From the NCBI GenBank assembly GCA_026025075.1, contig JAPEUI010000035.1, positions 62,001 to 126,000 of the forward strand: a DNA stretch of 64,000 nt, in the 5' to 3' direction. A program made the translations under genes and the position numbers. Under the pieces are notes generated by a model that was not told the DNA's origin, did not search any database, and saw nothing but the letters and a program-made list of their open reading frames with translations. Below, in pieces: positions 26,521 through 39,187 of this stretch. Positions within the stretch are counted from its first letter, which is position 1; every line of letters starts with the position of its first letter. The stretch comes from Vezdaea acicularis (Eukaryota).

Positions 26521-27891
26521 ATGCCCACGGGCATGAGGCCGTTGAAAGATGTAGCGCCGCTTCCTGCCCCTCCAGACGATGCTGTCATTTCAGCCGTGCG
26601 CTGGCCGCACCCATACTATCTTGAAAATGGACTGCGGAGAGTAGCGCCATACCACTACACATACAACACTTACTGCAAACAACGATGGCGCGGAAGAGAG
26701 CTGTTGGACGTCTTTGCGAGTGAGTTCAGGGATAGGCCGCTGGACTATTATGTACGTATCTGATGAGGTCTACTCAGTTGTCAATATACTCACTAACACC
26801 GGTAGAAAGGGGCAATCGAACGTGGGCAGGTGGTCTTGAATGGCTCCACAGTGTCAGTCTCGACAAAAATAAAGAATGGCGACGTCGTCTCTCATACTTT
26901 ACATCGACATGAACCTCCAGTAACAGCCGAGACCATTGGGATTGTCCATGAAGATGATGATATGATTGTGATCAACAAGCCCGCCGGAGTACCCGTCCAC
27001 CCTGCGGGGCGTTATAATTTCAACTCCGTAGTTGAGATTATGCGAGCGGAGCGAGATGTTGGCTGGAACCCAATGCCTTGTAACCGCCTAGACCGTCTGA
27101 CGAGCGGTATCATGTTTGTTGGAAAGAATGCAAAAGCAGCCGAAGAGCTTGGTAAACAGATACAAGGGCGCACCGTGAAGAAGGAGTATATTGCACGCGT
27201 CAAGGGCAAATTTCCAGACGGTGAAGTCGTCTGCGATCGACCAGTCCTACAAATCTCTCCGAAACTAGGTCTCAACAGAGTTCGAGCCAACGGTAAGACT
27301 GCGAAGACCGTTTTTAGACGACTGGCCTACTATTCACCTCGAACGATAGGTCAGAATCAGAGAGCTATGTCAAGAGAAGATATCGAAGGCTATTCTATCG
27401 TCCATTGCTTACCATTGACGGGAAGGACTCATCAACTTCGCGTACATCTACAGTTTCTTGGCCATCCTATCTCAAACGATCCAATATATTGCAATCAGAA
27501 AGTTTTCGGACCAAATCTGGGCTACAATGACGACTCGGATGCTGAGGATGAGGACATTATCGCAAGGCTTTCTCGCATGGGAAAGGACGAGGTTGCTGAA
27601 GCTGTTGCATATCACGACGAAATGGTTGACGATTACAACAAAAAGAAAGCAGAGAAGATGACTGGAGAACTCTGTGATATTTGCCAAACGCCGCTTTACT
27701 CAGACCCAGGGCTTCACGAACTTGGAATTTTCCTCCACGCTAGAAAATATGCATGTGAAGAAGGAAAATGGTCTTACGAAACTCCACTACCTATATGGGC
27801 TTTGCCTCCGCCTGGTCTGAAAGATCCTTCAGAGGCTATTCCTGGAACGGACCCCCTTGTCACTGGTGTCGCCGAAATCGCAATCGAATAA
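26521..27891 (+). CDS. RluA-family tRNA pseudouridine-32 synthase, Rib2/Pus9-like (no deaminase domain)
   Basis: Intron 26752-26805; GLRRVAPYHYTYNTYCKQRWRGR, HRHEPPV, NKPAGVPVHPAGRY, NRLDRLTSG (catalytic Asp) and LTGRTHQLRVHLQFLGHPI motifs. Confidence 0.92.
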
Positions 27892-27972
27892 GGAGAGGCT
27901 TAGTTCCTCATGAGTCGTAAAGAAGGGGGAGCAATCTTGCTGATATCTCATCGGATATAGTAGTATGTACAC

Positions 27973-29191
27973 TTATATTACTTCCTTGATCGTTCCATTT
28001 TCCTCTCCGCTCCTAAGCATAGCTTCCAACACTTTCAGGTCCATTATTGCTTCTGCAGGATCCAACTTGGAATTCTGCGTTCCCGTCGCAATCCCTTCTG
28101 CCCACGCTTTGACTTCTTGTCTGACGCCAGAGCCTTCGTCTGGGAATTCCTTGGTGTTCTCTGCGTCTTCACCCTCAATGCCGCTTCTCACAGTCACGGA
28201 CCCACGGTATACGCTTACGCTCCCAGTTTCACAGATTATCGTATATTCGGAACCGTTGAGAGTAGTTCCAAACGAGATGCTGAGTGCCCCCTGAACTCCA
28301 GCTTTGGTTTTGAGAATAGCGTCAACTGTATCCACAGGTGGCAGGTGCTCGCGAAGTTGAGTTGTAAAAGCATGGGTACTTGTGACCAGATCAGGTGCGA
28401 GAAGCATGCGCAGGCCTGCAGTCACATGTACACCGCCATCAAGAAGGAACCCGCCTTGATACTCGGGCGTCTTGCGCCATGGCGTTTCTATTGTTGCCGT
28501 CAGAGGCTACTCTTCTAAGATCAGGGTGGGTCTCACCAAAGAACTTCCACCCCTGCTTCACTGGGGAGAAGCGTTTAACTCGAAACCCGAGGATTTTCCC
28601 TAAGTTCTTGACCTCTTCCTGTCCATATATGAAGCTGTCTAGAAAACGGAAATTTTCGGCAACACTCCAGGTTACGGAATCCTTCGCTTCAGAAACCAAT
28701 GCTTCAGCATAGGCGACGGTGGCGGCCACTGGCTTCTCCGAAAGTACGTGCTTGCCAGCTCTAAGGGCAGTGCGGATGAAATCCGGCTGTACGACAATTG
28801 GAAGACTGCAGACTAGATCAGTTCTAGTTCGTATCGGAGGGTCATAGGGAAGACGTACGCGATGATCACCCCTAAGATATCCGCTCGGCGAAGAAGGTCC
28901 GCATACCCTTTCCCAGGACCAGCATCCTCGGAATAGAGCTCTAGGCCCTGCAGGCCCTCCGAAAGCGACTGCGCAGACTTCAGCGACCTTGAATATATTG
29001 CTTTCAAGCTCAATTGAGGGCAATCTTGCACAGCAGGCTACTACGGGTTAGCCCCCTTATGATTAAATCTCAAGCGGGTGTGAGACCAGATGCTGCTCCT
29101 TAGCAAATATGCCTGTCGAATGTTAAATAGCCCGATTGAGGGACTCCTTGCAGAACTGACCTCCTCCGATGATCGCAACTCCTATCGCCAT
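27973..29191 (-). CDS. Gfo/Idh/MocA-family NAD(P)-dependent oxidoreductase (5 exons)
   Basis: MAIGVAIIGG|GIFAKEQHL|PAV.. Rossmann start; AGKHVLSEKPVA, VAENFRF and GGFLLDGGVH motifs across spliced exons. Confidence 0.9.
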
Positions 29192-29577
29192 AGTGCCTGA
29201 CAGAATCGAAGAACCACAGGACTCCTGCTCGCGTGATTTATTGGTCCAACATCAATCAGATCGACAGCGACATCATCGCGGGGCAAAACTGCCGCTAAGC
29301 GCGGGCGGGAAATGTGAAACGCTCCCCACGTGCGACTTGCCGCAGGACGCTTCCCCTGTAGCTAAGCCCCGAAGCCTCGAGCTCATCTGACGTTGCGCCG
29401 CCACCGCCAATTTTGACCATAACACCTTGCCCATCACAATACCATTACACTCCTTACAACCTGCCTTTTATTTTGCTTGTGCCTAAAGTCATAGTCTTTA
29501 ATGCATCCATCGTATTCTCGAGTATAGCAGACCTTGCAGAGACTAGCGGTCTGCCTCCTTACTAAAAAACCCAACAT

Positions 29578-30327
29578 ATGTCGACGACCCTAACAGAAAC
29601 CACCGTCCCCATCTCCACCACGGACGGCTCATCCTCGATCTCTTGCCCAAATTGCGGCGCCGACATCTCCTCGAGTCCACATGCGCAATTCGCCGCGGCT
29701 GACGCCGCCGCAGCCAAGCAGCGCATTGCAGAACTTGAGAGCCAGGTGAAGATTCTGACGGGGAAAGCAACAGCCGCAGGTATGTGCTTGGCGCCTCCTC
29801 CCTCCTTAGTCATGAAGCTGTTACAATAAAACAACTGCCGCTAACGGTCTCTCCTCCGCACAGTCGACAAACTAGCAGATTACGAAGATCATGTTAACCG
29901 CCGACAATTTGCCCCAGCGAAGCCTGCGACGCCCCCTCCTCCTCCCACACATGCAATCAACAGTAACGGTGTCACCGCACGCATCTCAACCCTCCTCTCT
30001 CCGCGCACCCCTCCTCCTTCCCAAGCACCCTTTGCCAAACCACCGCAGACCGACCTTGCGACAGCCTTAGCGCGCGAGCAGACGCTGCGCTTAACAGCTG
30101 AATCGCAGCTTGCGGCCTCGTCCAATGAGCTCGAAGAACTGAGTGCACAGCTGTTCCAGCAGGCGAACGAGATGGTGGCGCAGGAGAGGCGGGCTAGGGC
30201 GAAATTGGAGGCGAGGGTCGAGGTTCTGGAGCAGCGGGACAAGGAGAAGAGAAACAGGTTGGAGAGGTTAGAAGAGGCTGTTAGGAGAGTAGAGAGGGTG
30301 AGGGGCTTGTTGGAGCGGCGGCAGTAG
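29578..30327 (+). CDS. Short Sec2p-domain (Rab GEF-like coiled-coil) protein
   Basis: Intron 29780-29863 gives KATAAVDKLADYED; ELEELSAQLFQQANEMVAQERR is the Sec2/Rabin signature; N-terminal CPNC. Confidence 0.85.
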
Positions 30328-30668
30328 CGAGCGTAAAGAAAAGAATTGTGGTTCAGGAGTCTAGGAGCATGGTGGAACGAGGAGGGCTTATATACAATTG
30401 TTCGCGCGGATATTGGGTTCATAGCAGGGAGTCTCTGGATTTTCTTTTCCAACCAAAATATTCTTAGGCTTGTTTTAATGCAGCTTTTCTTGTGTCACTT
30501 GTGGATTCTAAGATTTTGACTATGCGAGACAACGTCTATTGGGTATCTGAATGGCCAAAATACCGCCTAATGTCAAGTACGCCGCGCTTCGATCCTCATA
30601 TACTCATTCAACAGTGCTCTCAAACAAATCCGCTGTAGCATTTTCTCATTCCATGCTTTGACCGTGTA

Positions 30669-31906
30669 CTACTGAATCCACCTAAGACCAAGGCTCAATA
30701 ATACCAATCCCACTGCGGCAAGAATAATCGTGAGCAAAAAGCCAGGTGGTTCTCCATGCCACGGCGGATCCACCAGGGGTTTTCCCTCCTCCACCTCCTT
30801 CTTCTTCCCACGTATCTCAGTCTGTAGTGGCATTGGCAAAGCTCCGGTCGAGTTTGGGAACAAGATCTCTTGCTGTAAGCGCAAAGTGTCTGCCTTGAGG
30901 GGACGAGACGGTAGAACGTCTCCTCTTACACCCCTGGGTACTTGAACGTCCCCTACAAGGCCATCCAGCTCTTCCACCATCATCGTCAAGAATTTGAATA
31001 TATTCTGCGCTTCACGGACGATGTCATCCCGTTCGTTCTCTGAGAGGCGCGACTCCGCTTCGAAGAAACGCAGCTTGAAGTCTGACTTCAGATCCTCACC
31101 ATCCACGAGGGAGTCCCGAAAGTGAAGAAACTCCAGGCCCTTAGGGATCTTCATATTTCCGACTACAGAGCCGCTCGTAGAATCCCTCCCGGTCTCTTGG
31201 TCTTGACTCCAGAAGTTCTCACCAGCACTCAAAAGTTGTGCCCTCACCCATCGCCCACCAGAGAAGATTGCCATATACATGACCCATGCATATGCAAGGA
31301 GCAAGTATGGTTTCTTCTCTGTGGCCTCTTGAATATGCGCCCTAAACTCCTTGAGGCACGGCGCTTCAGGGTTCAGCAACTTGATCTCCACAGTCTCAGG
31401 GGATGAGCCCGAGAGATCTGCAAGATCCGCGCGCAAAGCATTGCTCCGTTTTAGATGAGGCAAGTGCAGCGATTGCAGTATCGACTTGTATCGGCTGCTG
31501 GAGGCGCCAGGTTGAGGTTTGGAGACAGTGTCATAGTCGGGAGAGGGCAGGCCCGGTGGAGTATTTGGAGGGGTACAGGACAGATAAATCGACCAGAGAG
31601 ACTCAAAGGTTATGTATACAGTCGCGAAGTGGAGCAAGCCTGTTAGGTATAGGCGCAGCGTCTTTGTTTCTGGAGGGAGGGCGACTGGTAAACGGGAAGT
31701 TATAAGACGGTTTAGAGTTTTATGTGCTTGGCTATGCATATGACGTCAGCAGGACAGGGTTTGAGAGAAGAGCTGAAAGAAGCTTACCGTGTGGATGCGT
31801 TGATATCGTCGGCAAGTGACCGCTGCTCTCCGGAAGGAGTGAGCAGGGGTGGAGGCCGTGGAAGCCCTGTGGACAAAGGCTTGATCTCAGGTCGTACTAC
31901 ATTCAT
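30669..31906 (-). CDS. Heme oxygenase-like protein with C-terminal membrane anchor
   Basis: ATG 31906, intron 31787-31732; SLADDINASTRQAH (proximal His), LLAYAWVMYMAIFSGG and DIVREAQNIF motifs; hydrophobic C-terminus. Confidence 0.88.
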
Positions 31907-32939
31907 ATTAGGTGATAGGGATCGGCGATATTAGCGAATGTGACTGTCCGCCACCTGCAAGGGGTGGGGGTGTGGAGAAATTTTCAAAGAAGCACAAAAG
32001 GAAGGCCTAGAGAGTGCGACAGGCCGATGAGGCTTAAAGAAAAGGGTAATAATTTAGTTGGTATAGTAAGTGAAGGAGTCGCCGGGATCTTCACCGGTGT
32101 CAGAAAAGAGTCGCAATGTTTCGGTTAGCTACTAGACTGAACCAGGCAAGATCAATCATCAAGATTATCAAGCTGGCATAGGACCTCTGTTACAAAGCGT
32201 TTATATATATTCTCAAAATAAGCATCCCTAGCACATGACGCATGGTTAGGACAGACAAGAGAGCATGAGCGATTTGGAAACATTGCAATTCTATTACACA
32301 CAAGATACGTTCCTTCGCATATGCCACATGACAAGACCATTCAGCCTGCGCAGGTGTTCAATGTAGTCATGAATCATCCGTGGCCCGAAGAGCAGCTGTG
32401 CAAACAAGCACCAACCTGCTAAATCCATTTCTGTGAGGCTTTTGCCCTATTTTTCAAATCGAAGGCTGAGACTTTTGTGCCAGGACAACTCAGCGGAAAG
32501 CCGAGAAAATGCCTGCCAGGTTGAGAGGAGTATGTTGAGCAAAGTTTGGAGAGCCAAATGCCAGAATGCCCAATCCAAGAGCCTCTGTGAAAGTTCTGCT
32601 GCAAACGCTAGCGACTTTTCTCGCCCGTCTAACATGTTCTCCGAAAGTCGAAGTAGCAGATCTTTTGAGCCAATACAACTGCCCCACCAAGATTCTAAGT
32701 GCTGAACGACGACGACGCGCATAAAGAGAACCGCACAACAGGTGAAATGCAGAGAGGTAGGTTCGATAACATTATCATCGCCACTGCGCGTTCAAGCAAG
32801 ACTGAACGAGCAGCAGACGTGATACGCGGCGTCCAGTCAAACGATAAAGTATGCATGAACGGTGATGTTGAGGCCGACGCCTGAATCGCAATATTGCCGA
32901 TGAAGGAAATGCCATGATAGATTCGAGCTTGGAAATAGC

Positions 32940-35047
32940 TCAAGAGGCGACAGCCCGAGCACCAGCAGCCCCACCTTTCTTATTATTCTTGGTTTTAGCT
33001 GGTACTGTGCTCCAGCCGTCCTCTTCTAGTGTATCAGCTGTTGGCTCAACCGCAGCTTCCAGCTTCTTGTTGTCAGATTTCCTCCATGCGCTGTCGGGCC
33101 TCTTTGCAGGAGCATCACGAACTATATCCTTCGGCTTCACGGCCTTGTCGTCAATTACTTGGCCGTTTTGATCCTCTGGGCCATGCTCTTCTACATCAAC
33201 ATCCGCCCCAGCTTCCTCGCCGTCGCCATTGGCAGCTTTTCGAAGAATCTCGAAGTTCTTCTTAGGCTGAGAGTTGTGCCCTCCATTCTCTTTCTCTCCC
33301 TTCTCGCTGCCTGACCCAGGAGTAGCCGAAGCAGCGGCGGCGGCTTTCTCTGCCTTTGCAGCCTCTTGGGCTTGGCGCTTCTTCTCCGCTTTAGCCTTAT
33401 CTTCTTCCTTCTTCTGCCTTATAGCTAGCTCTCGCTTCTCTTCAATCTCCTTTTCCCTTGCATGGGTATCGATAGGGCGGGCAGCACCGAAAGGACTAGC
33501 CTTGGCATCTGTAGAAGCAGATACTGGCGCAGACGTTTCGACTGCTTCGGACACCGTACGCTTCTGTAGATTCAACTTTGGGCGAGTTGCAGGAGCCACG
33601 GCCAATGGCACTGCCGATCCAGCTGGTGAGGACGGGACGCTTGTCTCGCTCGAGGGTGCTGGAGACTTCGCAGGCGGGTCAGGTCGCATCTTTGACCGCC
33701 ACTGGTTGTCTTGTTCAGCTGCAGTCGGAGCGCGTTCGATAGGTGTTCGCTCCTGGAACTCACGACGTGGTGGCCGTGAACCTTCTTGAGAACCACCCCA
33801 TTGCGGGGATGATCGACGATCACGGGGGCCATCATTCATTCTTGAACGCCCACCATCCCTAGATGGCGGAGGTCCACCAGCGGCGGGTGGAAGTGGGCCT
33901 TTGCGTTCCCAATTTCCAAAGTCTCGTATTTTGCCGTCATCTTGCGCGAAGGGTGACCGACGCCTATCTCCCCGTTCACTTCCAGCATCAGACATGTTAT
34001 CAAAATTTCGGCCACCAAATCCACCCCGGTCGGATGTGACGCGACGCTGATTAGTGCTTGGAAGATCTGGCAAGGGACCCTTTCGCGACCAATCGGTAAT
34101 CTCTCGAGCTTCACCGCGATCATTCTTAGCTACAGAGAAATAATAACGTTAGCTTCCGCAGCGATATCTAAGTGTTTAGAGTCCCAGAATAACTTACGCG
34201 GATCAGCAACACTGATGCGAATATTTCTTCCACTGAGCTGAGAGCCATTTAGTTCCAGCGCCTTCTTAAGCCCATCAACCGAACCAAACTCGACATATCC
34301 GAAACCCTTTGGCTTCATTTCTAGTCTATCTTCAACGATTCGAACGTTTGTGACTTCGCATCCCGAAAAGAAGTCTTGAACTTCTCCGCTTGTAACGTCA
34401 AATGCAAGATTTCCGATATGCGCGGTATACGGTGGTTTATCAGGAAGTGGCAGCTGCTCGCGTACCGAGTACCCACGATCTAAGGAAACAACGGTGTAAG
34501 CCTTTCGACTTCGTCATCTTAGGGATCTTCATGATGAGCGTACCCGTGAAGCCTCCAAAGCCAGCGGGTGTACTGTCACTTCGATTACCATAACCAGTAC
34601 GTCCGCCTACAACGTTGGGTTAACTTGGAGTCCTTCTGTGCATCTCTGCCCAATCAAATCATGGATTCATGGGGCACAAACCGGGTGCTACGCCGCGGAC
34701 TTCGTTAGCCATCAGAACATATTTGGGACGTTGACAACGACTCACGAGCACGAGTAGAAGGCATGTCCTCCATTTCATCAGCCCAGGAGCCAAGGGCTAT
34801 AAGGAGTCAGCAATTCAGGCGTCGCTCAATGCAGGTCTATTGCTATTGCGCACATTCATCTTGCAGGAATGACCCAAGGGACATCTTCTGCTGAGTTTTC
34901 TTGGCTGGAGCTGTAAACGTAACATGTCAGCATCGAACGAACTTCGATTCTTTACCACTCAACAACATTGATGTTTCAAAGGCATCGGAGAGGCTTGTTG
35001 TGGCTGATCCGGCATTATGACGTTGGAAAGATCTGCGGCCTACCCAT
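32940..35047 (-). CDS. TIF3: Translation initiation factor eIF4B (multi-exon)
   Basis: ATGG first exon 35047-35044; MAPAKKTQQKMSLGSFLQDE, GSWADEMED, LPDKPPYTAHIGNLAF, RRM KPKGFGYVEF, RPKLNLQKRT and SPFGAARPIDT motifs. Confidence 0.93.
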
Positions 35048-35580
35048 GATTGCGAGAGAAATCAGGCAACGCGCGGGTCAAGGACCGTGCGCGCTGTCTG
35101 GGAAGAATGCGGAGGGTTAAAGGATCTTGCTGCGAAGACCTAATCCAGAAGATACCGATGTGGATTGAGAACCAGCGTGTAGAGGTGATGTTGTTGACAA
35201 CCTTCCTGGTTGTCAAAGTAGACTTGTCTTTTGGTGGTGTAGAGAGAAAGTTGTGTCGCTTGGGTGAAGTGGAGCCGGGGCATGAAAATTATTGGTGAGT
35301 GGCTGACAGGGATTCGATCGCATGAGGAAATGTCTCTCGGAAGTGAAAGATTCGGAGCACCGTAGCCGAGCCTTACCTGTAAACGTCTAATCGTGAAAAT
35401 TGGCCCCAAATTAGTCTCCCTAACAAAAAGTACCCATCGCACTAACGTTCACATATTCATGTCACTATCGCGCCTTTTCCTGCAAAAAATCAGTATAGTA
35501 CAGAGAAAATTTCACCGATCCATAGCGAAGCCTCTGAAAGAAATTGTTGTTCTTTAGGCCGGTCTGAAATGCCAGTTTTG

Positions 35581-35639
35581 ATGATGATGCATCAATGAGA
35601 ACGCTTCGGTCCTTGAGCATGCCCTGGTAAAAGACCTGA
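35581..35639 (+). ncRNA. Candidate box C/D snoRNA (weak)
   Basis: C box ATGATGA 35581, D box CTGA 35636; CTGGTAAAAG upstream of D is complementary to U5 loop 1 CUUUUACCAG. It is short and has a poor terminal stem. Confidence 0.2.
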
Positions 35640-35684
35640 AATGCTACCCTGACTACTCCCTTCCTCCAAAGAGCCGCCGCTCTA

Positions 35685-36496
35685 ATGAATTCGCCGCGCT
35701 CATCGAGGCGGGGTGATCAAATACCTGTAGACGTAAAGTCGGCCCTTCTTGCAGGAGCCTTGACAGGTAAGTCTACCATGTGCACTTTCAAAGCTTCTTT
35801 CGACGTGAGGTGTTCAAACTGACTCATCTCATATTAGGCTCCTGTGGCCTTGTGGTTGGGGGGATAGCTGGCATCACCAGGTCCAGAACTCCCATTCTGT
35901 TTGCCCTTGCTTCTGGTGTTCAATGGTTTGGCCTTGGTTCAATATACTGGGGTGAGTTTAAGAGGGTCCAATTATCAATTGTCACTGACGCCATGAAAGG
36001 ATCTCGAGCTTTCATAATGCGTGCATGGTGCCCCTATAAAGGGTCTCCTCACGAGAAAATCCTCTCTAGTGGGACCGCGGGAGCTATTGCTGGAGGCGTT
36101 GGAGGGCTTATCTTTAGTATGGGCAATTCGCGTAGGGTTACCCAGTAAAGCGCAAGCTGACAGGGTTGAATAGGAGGTCGCCGGAACGTGATACCAGGGA
36201 TGATCATGTTTTCGATTATTGGGGCAGCCGGCCAGGCGATTTACAACACTGCCGACGCTCGGCATACAGATCAATCAACAGATAGACAAAGTGAAGGCTT
36301 TGGGCGGCGGGTTGCGAATTCGAGGTGGAGCCCTATCAAGGTTTTGAATGACGACGAATATGCTACCATAGTCAAAGAACGGATCCTTCGCTTGGACGTT
36401 GAAATTGCTCTTACCCAAGATCAAATCGGAGATTTACAAAGCAAAGCTCAAAGCGAAGCCCAGAGTAACACAGGAAATAGCAAGAACGCTTCATGA
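35685..36496 (+). CDS. Conserved fungal membrane protein, Tim17/Tim22/Tim23-like glycine-rich TM segments (4 exons)
   Basis: ATG 35685; introns start at 35767, 35952 and 36117; GLVVGGIAG, SGTAGAIAGGVGG and WSPIKVLNDDEY...LRLDVEIAL motifs. Confidence 0.7.
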
Positions 36497-36562
36497 GCCA
36501 TTAAACGCTTAGCAAGATGCTCCCCGTAGTGCTTCTGAAAATCGCTGCACAATAAAAAGGTA

Positions 36563-37223
36563 TTAAGAGAACTTGGACCCTTTGTTCATGGCATCGGCCT
36601 CCTTGGCCTTGAGCGCCATCCATCTATCTACCAACTCCTTGTTGTCACGCTTTAGTTTATTAGACTGCTGCTCCGCGACGTTGAGCTGGATATTAAGTGA
36701 AAGCATCTCATCTTGTACGTTCTCGAGTAGTTTCGCCTTTCCTCGTAGCTCTTCATCCCGATCTTTGACTCTTTGTTGCAGGGTCGTTTTCTCTAGTGAG
36801 ACCTGATATATACGCTTCTCATTGCCTTTGGATTTCTGTCGTAGCCCTTCAAGCTCTGACGTAGCCGCTTCCAGCTGCGCTTCCAATATAGCACGGGACG
36901 TCTGTGCCTCCTTCAGATCCGCTCTGATGCCTGATAGTGCTTTAGAGTCTGCTGGTATTGCACCACTTCCGGTACCATTTCCACTCCCAGCAGTAGATGG
37001 CCTCTCACTTGAATCATTGGCTTGAGAAGTAGGAGGTTCAGGGTTCGCTTCCAGAGCGGATGTTTTGGTGGCAAGCTTGGTATCTAGCCTTGGGGTCAGG
37101 GATACTTCCACCAGCAGTAATTGAATGCTATCACCTACAAGCGTTGAATAGTTCAGAGTTCGCTTTCTCTCTCCTGTCTCTATCCTCCAGCATGGCTAGG
37201 TACTCCTGACGCCAGGAGCTCAT
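36563..37223 (-). CDS. ATG16: Autophagy protein Atg16
   Basis: MSSWRQEYLAMLEDRDRREKAN (Atg5-binding helix), one intron, coiled coil with VQDEMLSLNIQLN and NKELVDRWM. Confidence 0.93.
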
Positions 37224-37773
37224 CCTGCTACTGACAAGAGAGCAAGAACAGCTCTATCTGTACTGAGCAAGTCTAAGTTCCATTTGCTCTAACACGAAAC
37301 ATTCAGAAAGGTAGCCGTTCTAAACCGCAAGATATCTACGTTGAGATCTGTATGAAATGATCTTTGGTAAACTCAACAAGCTTTTTACGCGTCGCGACAT
37401 CGACATTGTGCCTTTGTTCCCCCATAACAGCGTTCAAGCAAGAAGTGGGATGGATGACGGTCAAACCTGCACAAAGTGTTTTTGTGCGCCGGCGGAGGCA
37501 TTGACGACATGGGTGTTAGCTATGACAGGCCTCTACTCTTCACAAGCCACGTCTCCACCTATATCGAAAGCCAACAGATCTCCGTAGCTTGCTCGTGAAT
37601 CCTCCACTTATTTCGAGCGATTCAAAGCTACAGTGGTATTTCATTTGAACCACCTTAGCGCAAATAAACGCCTTCGCAGTACCTTACTTACCTTTCAAGC
37701 TCCCTTATCGTTATCCGCGGTCCTACATCTGAATCTGGAGTTCTTTTCGGTTCTTTAAAGCGTCCACTCAGTC

Positions 37774-38767
37774 ATGGCATCCAGAAAGAAGGTCTTGTTG
37801 AAGGTCGGTCATGATGGGCGAGAGAATGACGACTATTAGAAAGCTTATGTATTACGGGTTACAGGTCATTATCTTAGGCGACAGCGGGGTTGGCAAGACC
37901 AGCTTAATGAACCAATATGTGCGTCCTCTAGTTTCTGGTTCCTGAACATAGGGTAGAAGAGGGTTACACAAGGGATTTTAGAAGACTGAGATTACGGTAC
38001 CCTCTGTAGGTAAACAAGAAATTTAGTGCAAGCTATAAGGCAACCATAGGAGCAGACTTTCTTACGAAGGAGGTACTGGTAGATGATCGATTAGTGACGA
38101 TGCAGGTAAGCCAGGAAGAAGGGGGAGCCAAGGCAGAACTATTGCTAAGTTGTGTAGCTCTGGGATACTGCGGGACAGGAACGCTTTCAATCGCTCGGTG
38201 TTGCTTTCTATCGAGGCGCCGATTGTTGCGTCTTGGTCTACGATGTCAATAACTCGAAAAGCTTTGATACACTCGATAGCTGGCGAGACGAGTTCTTGAT
38301 ACAGGCTAGTCCCAGGGATCCAGAGAATTTTCCTTTCGTGAGTATCCAATCAGGTCCCTCAAGGTGGATTGCAATAACACTACAGTGCAGGTTGTTCTGG
38401 GTAATAAGATTGATGTGGAGGAGAACAAGAGGATGGTAGGTTTCCGATCTAGTCACCTGCGGATACATCTCTAATAGACAGTATAGATATCTTCAAAGCG
38501 TGCCATGACATTTTGCGAATCCAAAGAAGTCAAAATCCCGTATTTTGAGACAAGTGCCAAAGAAGCGCTCAACGTTGAAGAAGCTTTTCAGGGTAAGTTG
38601 CTTCATCCAAGACGCTTAGCCCATAGCTAGAGTGGCCCATTGATCGATCGCATATAGTAATTGCACGGAACGCACTTGCTCAGGAAGTCTCAGAAGAGTT
38701 CAGTGGTGATTTCCATGACCCGATCACGATTCAGTTAGATAGCGATAGAGACGGCTGCGCATGCTAG
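37774..38767 (+). CDS. YPT7: Rab7 small GTPase (7 exons)
   Basis: [74 protein letters not shown]-terminal GCAC. Confidence 0.97.
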
Positions 38768-39187
38768 AACAAGAAACTTGTATCAACAGAAGCATTTTGG
38801 AGGTCATTTCAGAAGTTCCTGCTTATGAATGCGAAAGCGTGGCAAGGTGATCCTACATCTTTACGAGGACGGCTTCTCTCGCGAGATAGGTTTACATATA
38901 TACTCATTGCCGCGGGAGTTCTCGGTTTGGCGTATAATTTTTAAACTTGCCCGATAAGTAGTCCTAGCATGTTGAATGGCCTCTTCCACAGCGTGCAATA
39001 CCGTAATCCTTCATGGCTGCTGCAAAATAAGAAGCGATCTACAGAGCTAAATGTCAGCTTTGTAGACGTACTTATATACTGCCAAGGTGTGCAAGCTCCT
39101 GATTCTCATGCCAACGCCTGAATTACACCTCGGCTGTCATCTAACAATGTGTCACCACCGCAACCACTCCTCAATGTTCGCACAGGC

